From Candidatus Deferrimicrobiaceae bacterium (GTDB lineage Bacteria > Desulfobacterota > Deferrimicrobia > Deferrimicrobiales > Deferrimicrobiaceae), in assembly GCA_963792415.1 (NCBI GenBank), contig CAWBVY010000007.1:64001-128000 (forward strand): a stretch of 64,000 nucleotides of DNA, written 5' to 3'. A model generated the notes under the pieces. The model was not told the DNA's origin, searched no databases, and was given only the letters and a program-made list of their open reading frames with translations. Shown piece after piece: positions 10,591 to 20,277 of this stretch; position 1 is the stretch's first letter; the number at the start of each line of letters is the position of its first letter. Made by a program: the position numbers and the translations under genes.

Positions 10591-11112
10591 TTACTTCTTG
10601 ACCCCTTCGAGGAGCGCCACCCCGTACTTGTCGTGCGTGAACGGGTGCACCATCGGGTGCAGCGAGAACAGCCAGCCGTGGAAGATCTCCTTCCCTCCCT
10701 CGAACACCTCGAGCTGGGCGGCGGGATTCTCCGGGCCGTTCGTGTTCGACGTGATCTGGTCCGCCGCCATCGCGAAGTGCGGCAGGAAGTTCCCGATCTT
10801 CAGCGTGAGGTCCGTGTCGGGAACCTTGAACTCGGAGTTCAGCGGGATGGTGAACGCCTTCTTGCTCTTCTTCTCCTTGAATTCCACTTCGACCTTGACG
10901 GCTTTCCACCCGGCCTTCACGGCGTCGGGGACGACGACCTTCTTCTCGACCGGGGGCGCACCTGCATCGCCGTGCGGAGCGCCGGGCATGCCGGGCTGAC
11001 CGGGCGCGCCCTGCGGGGGCATCGGCGGCGGGGGAGGCTGCTGCTTCTTGCAGCCGGCACCCGCGAAAGCGACCATCATGAGAACAGTGACCAGAAGCGT
11101 GAATTTTTTCAT
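10591..11112 (-). CDS. DUF2155-like lipoprotein with a Pro-rich linker
   Basis: Lipobox GAGC, poly-Pro run, ENPAA...FHGWLFS...HP pattern. Confidence 0.7.
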   Translation of the reverse strand: MKKFTLLVTVLMMVAFAGAGCKKQQPPPPPMPPQGAPGQPGMPGAPHGDAGAPPVEKKVVVPDAVKAGWKAVKVEVEFKEKKSKKAFTIPLNSEFKVPDTDLTLKIGNFLPHFAMAADQITSNTNGPENPAAQLEVFEGGKEIFHGWLFSLHPMVHPFTHDKYGVALLEGVKK

Positions 11113-11206
11113 CGTTACCCGTTCCTCCTTCGATTTTGCGCGTGCTGCGGAGCACGCGGTGATTCGCAACGCGGGCTCGAATCCCGGGATCTCCGGGGAT
11201 CGATGT

Positions 11207-11323
11207 CATGCCCTTCTTCGCCGGCGGGCTGCAACGCAAACCCCGAATCCCACCGGCTACGCAGGGCACCCTCCGCAGCGCAAGGTTCTCATTTTTCCGT
11301 CACGAACCTTGTGCGAAGGAGGG
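11207..11323. repeat. 117-bp double-hairpin tRNA trailer repeat, copy 1
   Basis: 3 mismatches to copy 2; abuts the CCA end of tRNA-Ser(GGA). Confidence 0.92.
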
Positions 11324-11417
11324 TGGCGGAGAGGGAGGGATTCGAACCCTCGAGGCGGGTATAAGCCACCTACGCGATTTCCAGTCGCGTTCCTTCGGCC
11401 AGCTCGGACACCTCTCC
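11324..11417 (-). tRNA. tRNA-Ser(GGA)
   Basis: GGAGAGGTGTCCGAG...CT-GGA-AA, long variable arm, GGTTCGAATCC, encoded CCA. Confidence 0.96.
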
Positions 11418-11454
11418 GTACGGACAATCCTCATGTGAAACCGGTTCCAAAGAA

Positions 11455-11571
11455 CATGCCCTGCTTCGCCGGCGGGCTGCTACGCAAACCCCGAATCCCA
11501 CCGGCTTCGCAGGGCACCCTCCGCAGCGCAAGGTTCTCATTTTTCCGTCACGAACCTTGTGCGAAGGAGGG
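11455..11571. repeat. 117-bp double-hairpin tRNA trailer repeat, copy 2
   Basis: Abuts the CCA end of tRNA-Ser(GCT). Confidence 0.92.
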
Positions 11572-11664
<93 letters not shown>

Positions 11665-11700
11665 GTACGAACATCCTTCCCAAAAACCCGTTTAAAAGAA

Positions 11701-11817
11701 CAACCCCTGCTTCGCCGACGCGCTGCAACGCAAACCCCGAATCCCACCGGCTTCGCAGGGCACCCTCCGTAGCGCAAGGAACCCGTTCCTCCGTCACCAA
11801 CCTTGTGCGAAGGAGGG
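11701..11817. repeat. 117-bp double-hairpin tRNA trailer repeat, copy 3 (more diverged)
   Basis: About a dozen differences from the other copies; abuts the CCA end of tRNA-Ser(TGA). Confidence 0.9.
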
Positions 11818-11905
11818 TGGCGGAGGGAGCAGGATTCGAACCTGCGGGGCGTCGCCGCCCAGCGGTTTTCAAGACCGCCGCCTTCAGCCGCTCGGCCATC
11901 CCTCC
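11818..11905 (-). tRNA. tRNA-Ser(TGA)
   Basis: GGAGGGATGGCCGAGCGG...CT-TGA-AA, variable arm, GGTTCGAATCC, CCA. Confidence 0.96.
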
Positions 11906-11999
11906 GGGAAACATATACTTATACCAGATCCGGTCGTCGCGAGGGAGCAAAAAAGGGGGGGAGGGACGGCCGCGGACGCCGATGATATGATAGGCGATC

Positions 12000-13058
12000 A
12001 TGGGATTCCACGATCCACCGGCGTCGTTGCTGGTCCGGGCGACGAACTGGCTGGGTGACGCGGTGATGACGACGCCCGCGCTGGCAGCCGTTCGCGAAGG
12101 GCTTCCGGACGCCCGGATCGCCCTTCTCGCCAAGCCGCTGGTGGCGGAACTGTTCCGCCATCATCCGGACGTCGACGAGGTGATCGTCTACGAGCGGCCC
12201 GGTCGTCACGAGGGGGCCCTCGGCCGGCTCCGGCTCGGCGCGGAACTCCGGCGCCGCCGGTTCGACGGGGCGTTGCTTCTGCAAAACGCGTTCGACGCGG
12301 CGTTGCTCGCCTTCCTCGGCCGGATCCCGGAACGGGCGGGGTATCCCACCGATGGACGGAGGATCCTCCTCACCCTGCCCGTTCCGTTGACTCCCGGGAT
12401 CCTCGAACGCCACGAGGTGGAATATTATCTGTGCCTGCTCGACGGGCTGGGGATCCCTCGCCCCGAGCCGGCGGTGTTGAAACTCGCCGTGACGGAGGAG
12501 GAGAGGGAGGCGATGGCGACGCGTCTCGCGTCCCTCGGCATCGGGCGGGGCGCTCCGATCGTGACGATCAACCCGGGCGCGACGTACGGTTCCGCGAAGC
12601 GGTGGTACCCGGACCGGTTCGCCGCCGTCGCGGACGCCCTTTCCTCGGAGTGGGGCGCGGCGATCGTCGTCGTCGGTTCGACCGCGGAGGCCCCCCTGTC
12701 CGGCGAGATCGAAGCCGCGACGCGAAACCCCCCGGTCAACCTCGCGGGGAAGACGACGGTGCGGGAAATGATGGCGCTTCTCTCCCTCTCCTCCTTTCTG
12801 GTCACCAACGACTCCGGGCCGATGCACATCGGGGCCGCCCTCGGCGTCCCGCTCGTTGCGATCTTCGGCCCCACCGATTGGCGGCGAACCTCGCCGTGGT
12901 CCGGGCGCGCGAAGGTCGTCCGGGTGGAGGTCGACTGCTCGCCCTGCAGGCTGCGGGTCTGCGACCGGGGGCACGAGTGCATGCTCGGGGTGACCCCCGG
13001 AATGGTGCTCGACGCCGCGCGGCAGCTGCTGCCGGAGGGGCCAAGCAAAGGTGCCTGA
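12000..13058 (+). CDS. waaF: ADP-heptose:LPS heptosyltransferase II
   Basis: NWLGDAVM, NPGATYGSAKRW, TNDSGPMH. Confidence 0.88.
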   Translation: MGFHDPPASLLVRATNWLGDAVMTTPALAAVREGLPDARIALLAKPLVAELFRHHPDVDEVIVYERPGRHEGALGRLRLGAELRRRRFDGALLLQNAFDAALLAFLGRIPERAGYPTDGRRILLTLPVPLTPGILERHEVEYYLCLLDGLGIPRPEPAVLKLAVTEEEREAMATRLASLGIGRGAPIVTINPGATYGSAKRWYPDRFAAVADALSSEWGAAIVVVGSTAEAPLSGEIEAATRNPPVNLAGKTTVREMMALLSLSSFLVTNDSGPMHIGAALGVPLVAIFGPTDWRRTSPWSGRAKVVRVEVDCSPCRLRVCDRGHECMLGVTPGMVLDAARQLLPEGPSKGA

Positions 13059-14154
13059 CGTCCGAAGGATCCTGATCGTCAAGCTCTCCGCGATGGGGGA
13101 CGTGGTGCACGCGCTCCCGGCGGTGACGTATCTTCGCGGAGCGGCTCCGGCGGCGGAGATCCACTGGGCCGTCGACACCCGGTTCACGGAACTTCTCGAG
13201 GGGAACCCGGGAATCGCGAAGGTGGTTTCCCTGCCGATCCGGGAGTGGAAGGGGCGCCTGGGATCCCCCGCCGCGTGGCGGGAAGCGCGGATTGCCGCGG
13301 AGGCGTTGCGTGGAGAAAAGTATGACCTCGCCATCGACCTCCAGGGGAACATAAAGAGCGGCGTGGTGACGTACCTTTCCGGCGCCCCGCTGCGGTACGG
13401 TTTTCCCCGGGAGACCGCGCGGGAGCGCCAGAATCTCTGGTTCACGAACCGCCACCCGCCGGCGGTGGAGGAGGACCGGCACGTCACGCGGAAGATCCTG
13501 CGGCTCGCGAGCGCCCCGTTCGACGGGACGTTCCCGACGGAGGAACTCCGCGGGGAGGTCGTCACCACCGCGGCGGAGTTCGAAGCGGCTTCGTCGCTTC
13601 TCGCCGCGGCGTTGCCCGGAGCCTCTCCGCGCCTGGCCGTCCACCCCGGCACCACGTGGAACACGAAGCGGATGGACGTCGCCTTCTGGGCGGACACGGT
13701 GCGGAACGTCCGGAACGCTTTCCCCCGCCTGGGGGTGTTCCTCTCCTGGGGGACGGAGAAGGAGCGGGAGGAGTGCCTTGCGATCCGGTATCTTGCGGGC
13801 CAGGGCGTGGCGCTGCTGCCGCGCCTCGGGTACAAGGCCCTCGCGGCCGTATACCGCGCCTGCGGCCACATGATCGGCCCCGACACGGGGCCGCTGCACC
13901 TCGCGGCGGCCGTCGGTGCGAAGACCGTTTCGGTCTTTCGGGGGAGCGACGGCCGGTACGCGGCGCCGGTGGGGCCGGGCCATCGCTTCTTCCAGGCGCC
14001 GCTGCCGTGCACGGCGTGCCAGATCAAGGGGGACAAGGTGTGCCCGCGGGACGCGGAGTGCCGCGCCACCATCAAGGCCGCTGAGGTCGCGGCGGCGATG
14101 GCGGAGTTTTTCGCGGAATCGGGCGCGGCGTCCACCGGGGGGATGGCTCCATGA
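13051..14154 (+). CDS. waaC: GT9 heptosyltransferase I-like
   Basis: VKLSAMGDVVH, IDLQGNIKS, GPDTGPLHLA. Confidence 0.82.
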   Translation: MPDVRRILIVKLSAMGDVVHALPAVTYLRGAAPAAEIHWAVDTRFTELLEGNPGIAKVVSLPIREWKGRLGSPAAWREARIAAEALRGEKYDLAIDLQGNIKSGVVTYLSGAPLRYGFPRETARERQNLWFTNRHPPAVEEDRHVTRKILRLASAPFDGTFPTEELRGEVVTTAAEFEAASSLLAAALPGASPRLAVHPGTTWNTKRMDVAFWADTVRNVRNAFPRLGVFLSWGTEKEREECLAIRYLAGQGVALLPRLGYKALAAVYRACGHMIGPDTGPLHLAAAVGAKTVSVFRGSDGRYAAPVGPGHRFFQAPLPCTACQIKGDKVCPRDAECRATIKAAEVAAAMAEFFAESGAASTGGMAP

Positions 14155-14897
14155 AGATCACCGCCATCGTCATCACGAGGAACGAGGAAAGGAACATCGG
14201 CGACTGCCTGGCGTCGATCCCGTTCGCCGACGAGGTGGTCGTCGTCGACTCGGGCAGCGTCGACCGGACGGAGGAGATCTGCCGCAGGGACCCGAGGGTC
14301 CGATGGTTCCCCGAGCCGTGGAAGGGATTCGGCCCGCAGAAGAACAGCGCTCTCGACAAGGCGGGGAACGAATGGGTCCTGAGCATCGACGCCGACGAGC
14401 GGGTCACGCCGGAACTGGCGGAGGAGATCGCCTCCCTCCCGCTGTTCGAGCCCGGGGTGGACGGGTACCGGATCCCCAGGAAAAGCTTCTTCGGGAAGGA
14501 GTGGGTTCGCCACGGGGGATGGTATCCCGACTACACGATCCGGCTGTGGCGGCGGGGGGCGGGCCGCTTCGTGGACCGCTCGGTGCACGAGGTGGTCCGG
14601 GTTGAAGGGACGGTGGGCACCCTCCGGGGCGACCTGCTGCACCACACCTACATGGACACCGCCGACTTCGTCGAACGGATGAACCGCTATTCGACGCTTG
14701 GATCCGCGGAACTCCGGAGGAAAGGGGTCCGGTGCACGACGCTCGACCTTCTCTTCCGGCCCCCGTTCACCTTCTTCCGGATGTACGTCCTCCGCCTGGG
14801 TTTCCTCGACGGAACGCTCGGGTTCCGCCTGGCGGTTCTTTACGCAATGTACACGTTCCTGAAATACGCCAAGGTGAGGGATGGCGATGGCGGGTAG
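14151..14897 (+). CDS. GT2 LPS core glycosyltransferase (KdtX/WaaE-like)
   Basis: ITRNEE, VDSGSVDRT, SIDADE, GWYPDY, VHE, GFLDG. Confidence 0.88.
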   Translation: MKITAIVITRNEERNIGDCLASIPFADEVVVVDSGSVDRTEEICRRDPRVRWFPEPWKGFGPQKNSALDKAGNEWVLSIDADERVTPELAEEIASLPLFEPGVDGYRIPRKSFFGKEWVRHGGWYPDYTIRLWRRGAGRFVDRSVHEVVRVEGTVGTLRGDLLHHTYMDTADFVERMNRYSTLGSAELRRKGVRCTTLDLLFRPPFTFFRMYVLRLGFLDGTLGFRLAVLYAMYTFLKYAKVRDGDGG

Positions 14898-16023
14898 CCT
14901 GCTCGGGCGGGATATCCGGTCGATTCTCGTCTTCAAGCAGAGGAACATCGGGGACGTTCTCCTGTCCACCCCGGCGATTCACGCATTGCGGAGCGCATGG
15001 CCCCAGGCCCGGATCGCCGTGGCCGTCAATTCCGGGACCGAAGCGATGATCGAGGGGAACCCCGACATCGACCGCGTGATCGTGTTCGACCGGTCGGCGC
15101 GGGACGCCGGCGGAGCGGGGCGATGGAGGGAGGAGGCCCGGTTCCTCGGGGAGATCCGTGCGTGGCGCCCCGACCTCGCCGTCCAGCTCACCGAGGGGGA
15201 CCGGGGGGCCATCCTCGCGTTCCTGTCCGGGGCAAGGTTCCGGGCCGGCCTGGTTCCGGGCCGGCGGGGGTTGTGGGGGAAGGAGAAGCTGTTCACCCAC
15301 CTGTCTCCGCTTCCCTCCCTGTACCGCCACGCCGTCCTTCGGGACCTCGATGTGGTCGGCGTCGCGGGTATCCCCCCGGCGGACCCCGGGCTGCGCTTCT
15401 TCTTCACGGAGGAGGATCGGTCGCGGGCCGCGGCGCTCCTCTCCGGGGCCGGGGTTCCCGACGGCGCGCCGTACGCGGTCGTGCAGCCCGGGTCGCGGTG
15501 GAAATTCAAATGCTGGACCGATGCGGGGAACGCGGGTCTCCTCGCCCACCTCGCCCGGCGGGGTCTCCTCCCGGTAATCACCTCCGGCCCGGACCCGGAG
15601 GAGGTGGCGCAGGTGGAGCGGATCCGGGGGTTGTGCCCGGTGTCCGTCGCGTCCCTGGCCGGGCGTCTCTCGTTCCGGGAGCTGGGCGCGCTGATCTCCA
15701 CGGCGCGCCTGTACGTCGGCGTCGACTCCGCGCCGATGCACCTCGCCGCCGCCGTGGGGACCCCGACCGTGGCGATCTTCGGTCCCACCGGTGCCTTCAA
15801 CTGGGCTCCGTGGGAAGGGATCGACTGGGGGTACACCGCCCAGATGAAAGGAGGCACCCGGTTCGTCGGGCGCCACGCGGTCGTCCAGCAGGCGTGGGAT
15901 TGCGTGCCGTGCGGGAAGGACGGGTGCGGGGGGACGAAGCGGAGCCGCTGCATGGAGGAGATCTCCCTCGACGAGGTGGCGGAGGCGGTCGATCGGATGC
16001 TCGCGAGGGCGGAGGGGGCATGA
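14881..16023 (+). CDS. GT9 putative heptosyltransferase III (RfaQ-like)
   Basis: KQRNIGDVLL, LTEGDRGA, PGSRWKFKCW, GVDSAPMH. Confidence 0.82.
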   Translation: MAMAGSLLGRDIRSILVFKQRNIGDVLLSTPAIHALRSAWPQARIAVAVNSGTEAMIEGNPDIDRVIVFDRSARDAGGAGRWREEARFLGEIRAWRPDLAVQLTEGDRGAILAFLSGARFRAGLVPGRRGLWGKEKLFTHLSPLPSLYRHAVLRDLDVVGVAGIPPADPGLRFFFTEEDRSRAAALLSGAGVPDGAPYAVVQPGSRWKFKCWTDAGNAGLLAHLARRGLLPVITSGPDPEEVAQVERIRGLCPVSVASLAGRLSFRELGALISTARLYVGVDSAPMHLAAAVGTPTVAIFGPTGAFNWAPWEGIDWGYTAQMKGGTRFVGRHAVVQQAWDCVPCGKDGCGGTKRSRCMEEISLDEVAEAVDRMLARAEGA

Positions 16024-17126
16024 CGGATCGGGTGACCGTCCTGCATACGGAGTCCTCCCACGGCTGGGGGGGGCAGGAACAGCGCACCTTGCGGGAGTGT
16101 CTCGGGATCCGGGAACTGGGGATGCGCCCGGCCGTCCTCTGTCCCCCGGAGGCGGAACTGGGCCGGCGGGCGTCGTCCGAGGGGATCGAAGTCTTTTCGT
16201 GCCGGATGCGCAAGAGCTACGACCTGGCCGCCATCCGGACCCTCCTCCGCGTTCTCCGCGAGCAGGACGTCGACGTCGTGAACACCCACAGCGGGCGGGA
16301 CAGCTTTCTGGCGGGGGTGGCCGCCCGCCTTTCGCGCCGGCGTCCCGCGGTGGTCCGCACCCGTCACCTCGCCATGCCGATCACCTCCCGGATCTCCTAC
16401 TCCTACCTCCCCCACCGTGTGGTTACGGTGAGCGGGTACGTCAAGGAGTACCTGGCCCGGGAAGGGGTGCCCCGGGAGCGGATCGTCGTGGTCCCGACGG
16501 GGATCGACCTGGGCAGATTCGCGGGGGACCGGGCGCCCGGGAACTTGCGGGAGGAGTTGGGCCTCCCGCCGGACGCCCTGCTTGTTGGGTCCGTCTCGGT
16601 CCTCCGGGGCAAGAAGGGCCACCGGTCCCTTCTTGAGGCTGCTCCGTCGATACTCGCGGCGTTTCCCGGCACGGTGTTCGTGATCGCCGGGACGGGTCCC
16701 CAGGAGAAGAACCTGCGGAAAGCGATCGATGGGATGGGGCTGTCCGGATCGGTCCGCATGCTGGGCCACCGCGAGGACGTGCCCAACGTGCTGCGGTCGC
16801 TGGACCTCTTCGTCCTGCCCACGGAGGAGGAGGCGTTGGGCACCGCCTTCGTCGAGGCGATGGCCGCGGAGCGGGCGGTGGTCGGGTGTCGCGTGGGGGG
16901 TGTCCCGGAGGTGGTGGAGGAGGGGAGGACCGGCGTGCTGGTGCCGCCCGGGGATCCCGCCGTCCTTGGTGAGGCGATCCGCTCCATCCTGGCCGACGGG
17001 GAGTTGCGGCGCAGGATGGGGGCGGCGGGACGGAAGGCGGTCATGACGCGATACTCCGTGGAGGGGATGTGCCGGGGGATGTTTGAACTGTATCGCTCCC
17101 TCCTTGCGGAGAGGGGCAGGGGGTGA
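16020..17126 (+). CDS. GT4 glycosyltransferase
   Basis: ESSHGWGGQE, KKGH, EALGTAFVEAMAA. Confidence 0.9.
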   Translation: MTDRVTVLHTESSHGWGGQEQRTLRECLGIRELGMRPAVLCPPEAELGRRASSEGIEVFSCRMRKSYDLAAIRTLLRVLREQDVDVVNTHSGRDSFLAGVAARLSRRRPAVVRTRHLAMPITSRISYSYLPHRVVTVSGYVKEYLAREGVPRERIVVVPTGIDLGRFAGDRAPGNLREELGLPPDALLVGSVSVLRGKKGHRSLLEAAPSILAAFPGTVFVIAGTGPQEKNLRKAIDGMGLSGSVRMLGHREDVPNVLRSLDLFVLPTEEEALGTAFVEAMAAERAVVGCRVGGVPEVVEEGRTGVLVPPGDPAVLGEAIRSILADGELRRRMGAAGRKAVMTRYSVEGMCRGMFELYRSLLAERGRG

Positions 17127-17133
17127 ACCCGCC

Positions 17134-18312
17134 TTGAAGATCGCCCTCGCGCGATACCGCTATTCGCCGCATGGCGGGGCGGAACGGTACCTGGACGGTC
17201 TTCTCGCGTCCCTTCGCGCCGCGGGAATCCCCGTGCGCCTCCTGTGCGCCTCCTGGGAAGGGGAGGGAGCCTCGGGCGTCCCTCTCGTGAAGGTTTCCGT
17301 CCCCCGGAAGCCGGTCCCGCTGCGTCTCCTCCTCTTTGCGCGGGCCGTCCGGGAGTGGGGGCGGGCCCACCCGGACTGGCTCCTCTTCTCCCTGGAACGG
17401 GTCCCGGGGGCGGAGGTCTACCGGGCGGGCGACGGGTGCCACGCCGAGTGGCTCGAGCGGAAGCGCCCCCTGCGTCCCCTCTCGTGGCCCCTGGACGCCT
17501 TGCGCCCCCTGAACCGCGTTTACCTGCACCTCGAGAAGGGGATGTTCGCCTCGGGGCGCCTCCGGGCGGTCATCGCGAATTCCGAGCGGGGCCGGGAAGA
17601 GATCGTCCGCCGGTTCGGGCTTCCCCCGGAGCGGATCGCCGTGGTGCGGAACGGCGTCGACGCCTCCCTTTTCCCCCCCGGGCGGCGGGAGGCGGCCGTT
17701 GCTGCGCTCCGCGGGAGGCTGGGGATCGCGGCGGAGGAGCCGGTGTTCCTCTTCGTCGGCTCCGGCTTCGCCCGCAAGGGGTTGGAGGTTCTTGCGAGGG
17801 CCGCGGTCCGGCTGGCCCGCAGGGGGCGAACGTTCCGGGTCGTCGTCGTCGGGAAGGGAGATCCCGCCCCCTACCTCCGCCTGCTCCGGGGCGGCGGGGC
17901 GGAGGACCGCTTCGTCTTCACGGGCCCGGTGGCGGGGGCCGTCGACTTCTATCTCGGGGGCGATGCCTTCGTCTTCCCGACGGTGTACGAGCCGTTCAGC
18001 AACGCCTGCCTCGAGGCGATGGCCGCGGGTCTCCCGGTCATTACCACGGCGGTCAACGGGGCCGCGGAAGTGCTGCGGGACGGGGAGTCGGGGTTTCTCC
18101 TCCCCGACCCGCAGGACGACACCCTCCTCGCGTTGCGGATGGAGGATCTGCTCGACGGGGAGCTCCGCCGCCGGATGGGCGCAGAGGCTCGTCGTGCCGC
18201 CGGGCCGCTGACGCCGGAGCGCAACGCGGCGGAGACCCTGGCCGTCCTTTCCCGCGCGTGGGCGGAGAAGTCGGGGGCCGACGGACGGTCTCCCGGGGGG
18301 ACGGGATCGTGA
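17134..18312 (+). CDS. GT4 glycosyltransferase (WaaG-like)
   Basis: YSPHGGAERY, YRAGDGCH, GSGFARKG, YEPFSNACLEAMA; start uncertain. Confidence 0.85.
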   Translation: MKIALARYRYSPHGGAERYLDGLLASLRAAGIPVRLLCASWEGEGASGVPLVKVSVPRKPVPLRLLLFARAVREWGRAHPDWLLFSLERVPGAEVYRAGDGCHAEWLERKRPLRPLSWPLDALRPLNRVYLHLEKGMFASGRLRAVIANSERGREEIVRRFGLPPERIAVVRNGVDASLFPPGRREAAVAALRGRLGIAAEEPVFLFVGSGFARKGLEVLARAAVRLARRGRTFRVVVVGKGDPAPYLRLLRGGGAEDRFVFTGPVAGAVDFYLGGDAFVFPTVYEPFSNACLEAMAAGLPVITTAVNGAAEVLRDGESGFLLPDPQDDTLLALRMEDLLDGELRRRMGAEARRAAGPLTPERNAAETLAVLSRAWAEKSGADGRSPGGTGS

Positions 18313-19097
18313 GGCCGATCCCGGTGCTCATGTACCACCACGTCGCCCCGCACCCGGGGGACATGGTGACGGTCACGCCGGAAACCTTCGAGGGGCAGAT
18401 GCGCCACCTCGCGAAGAACGGATACGCGGCCCTCTCCCTCGATGAACTGCTCTCCGCGATCCGGAGGGAATGGACGCCGCCGAAGAAGGCGGTGGCGATC
18501 ACCTTCGACGACGGGTGGCTGGACAACTGGGCCTGCGCCTTCCCGGTGCTCGTGAAATACCGGCTTCGGGCCGCCGTCTTCGTCGCGACGGGGTGGGTGG
18601 ACCGGGCGTCGGCGGAAGGCCCCCCCGTTTCCCCGGCCGCATTCCCTCCCCACCGCGAAGCGCGCCGGATGGTCGAACGAGGCGAGTGCCGCGGGGTGGT
18701 CATCGACTGGGCCCGCATCGCGGAGATGCGCGCCTCCGGCCTCGTCGACTTCTACTCCCACACGGCGAGCCACGCCGATTGCGACCGGCTCGACGCGGAT
18801 ACGGTGGCGGAGGAACTCCGGGGTTCGAAGCGGGTCCTCGAGGAGCGGCTGGGGAGCCCGTGCCCGTACCTGTGCTGGCCGTTCGGGAAGTTTTCGGAGG
18901 GGGCCGTCGCGCTGGCGAGGGAGACCGGGTACCGCGCCCTCTTCACCACGCGTCCCGGCGTCGTCCGGGAGGGGACGGACCCGTTCGACATCCCCCGGGT
19001 CGTGGTGAAGGACCGGGTCGACTGGTTCCGCAGCCGCGCACGGCTCTATACCCGTCCGTGGCTCTCCTCCCTCTACCTTGCGGCGAAGAAGCCGTAA
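18309..19097 (+). CDS. Polysaccharide deacetylase
   Basis: PVLMYHHV, ITFDDGW, SHTASH, WPFG. Confidence 0.9.
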   Translation: MRPIPVLMYHHVAPHPGDMVTVTPETFEGQMRHLAKNGYAALSLDELLSAIRREWTPPKKAVAITFDDGWLDNWACAFPVLVKYRLRAAVFVATGWVDRASAEGPPVSPAAFPPHREARRMVERGECRGVVIDWARIAEMRASGLVDFYSHTASHADCDRLDADTVAEELRGSKRVLEERLGSPCPYLCWPFGKFSEGAVALARETGYRALFTTRPGVVREGTDPFDIPRVVVKDRVDWFRSRARLYTRPWLSSLYLAAKKP

Positions 19098-19168
19098 GAT
19101 GCCGGCCGCCCGTTGTCGCGAACCGATTGCGGAATGGATTTCATCCCAATGTCCGGAGCCTTTCCGAT

Positions 19169-20116
19169 ATGCGTGATCTGAAAAATTTCTCCGCCGGTGA
19201 ATGGTTGCGGTTCGTCCCGCTCGAGGTTGCCTTCAAGCAAGTGCGGAACGACGCGTGGCTCGCGATCTATAAAAAGATCCGGCCGAAAGCGCTGGACTCC
19301 TTCCTTGTCGAGACGCAGCGGTTCGGAAACCAATCCGTTGCCCTGGTCATTGCGTTCGAGCAGCCCCGGGCGCTGGACTGGCTGCTGCGGATGGCGCAGC
19401 GCAACCTCACGGATACCGCCGTGCTGGTTTTCGACAATTCACGGAGGGCTGCCGCGAGACTCGATATCGAGCGGGTGTGCCGCGACCGCGGAGCTCCCTA
19501 TCTCGCGTTGCCGGTGAACCGCACCCGGCACGTGAACCGGTCGCACGGCATGGCCATGACGTGGGTCTTTCACAACGTGGTCCGTGCCATCCGGCCCCGC
19601 CTGTTCGCTTTCATCGACCACGACCTGATTCCGGTCCGGACGTCCGGGCTGTCGGAAAGACTCGCGGAGCAACCGTTCTATGGCAAGCTGCGGGCAAGTG
19701 CGTGGGCATGGCAGCTCTGGGCCGGCTACTGCCTGTTCGATTTTTCGACCGTGGCGGGGCTGCCGATGAATTTTCTCTACGATTTTTCGCAGAAGCTGGA
19801 CACGGGAGGCCGCAACTGGGACTGTCTTTACCGGAACTACGATCGGGAGCGGCTCCGTTTCGCCGGCAGCCGCTACGCCGACGTCAGGGACCCGGTGACG
19901 GGAGTTTCCCAGCCGGTCGAGATCGTCGATGATCGGTGGCTGCATATCGGAAGCATCGGCTACAACGACAACTTCCGCTCGAAATCGCAGTTTTGCGAGA
20001 ATCTGGCGCACGCCCTGGACGGAGGGGCACCCTGGACGGAGCTGTGCGACGACGCGAATGCGCGCCCCCCGGAGCCGCAGGCCCCGGAATTCCCGCAACC
20101 AACCCGCACGGAATGA
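19169..20116 (+). CDS. Hypothetical glycosyltransferase-like protein
   Basis: Clean ORF in the LPS cluster with VFDNS, SHG, FIDHD (DxD-like) and DTGG motifs; more AT-rich than neighbours. Confidence 0.6.
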   Translation: MRDLKNFSAGEWLRFVPLEVAFKQVRNDAWLAIYKKIRPKALDSFLVETQRFGNQSVALVIAFEQPRALDWLLRMAQRNLTDTAVLVFDNSRRAAARLDIERVCRDRGAPYLALPVNRTRHVNRSHGMAMTWVFHNVVRAIRPRLFAFIDHDLIPVRTSGLSERLAEQPFYGKLRASAWAWQLWAGYCLFDFSTVAGLPMNFLYDFSQKLDTGGRNWDCLYRNYDRERLRFAGSRYADVRDPVTGVSQPVEIVDDRWLHIGSIGYNDNFRSKSQFCENLAHALDGGAPWTELCDDANARPPEPQAPEFPQPTRTE

Positions 20117-20277
20117 CCGGACCGGAACAAATCGGGTCGGGCTTCGCCAGGCAGTATCGTAAGATGTGATGGCATGACCCGCGACGGACGGCGGGAGGCT
20201 GGGGCGGAGGAGGACCGGATGAGGGTGGTGTGCGCGATTCCCGCTCGGATCGGCGCCGGCGGTGCGGTGAAGGTGCC

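Noticed and set aside
11919-14969. 1016-aa minus-strand ORF, and similar long ORFs such as 46400-49510, 34982-37165 and 24539-27013
   Set aside because: Antisense or off-frame shadows of real genes, expected in high-GC DNA; no recognisable motifs.
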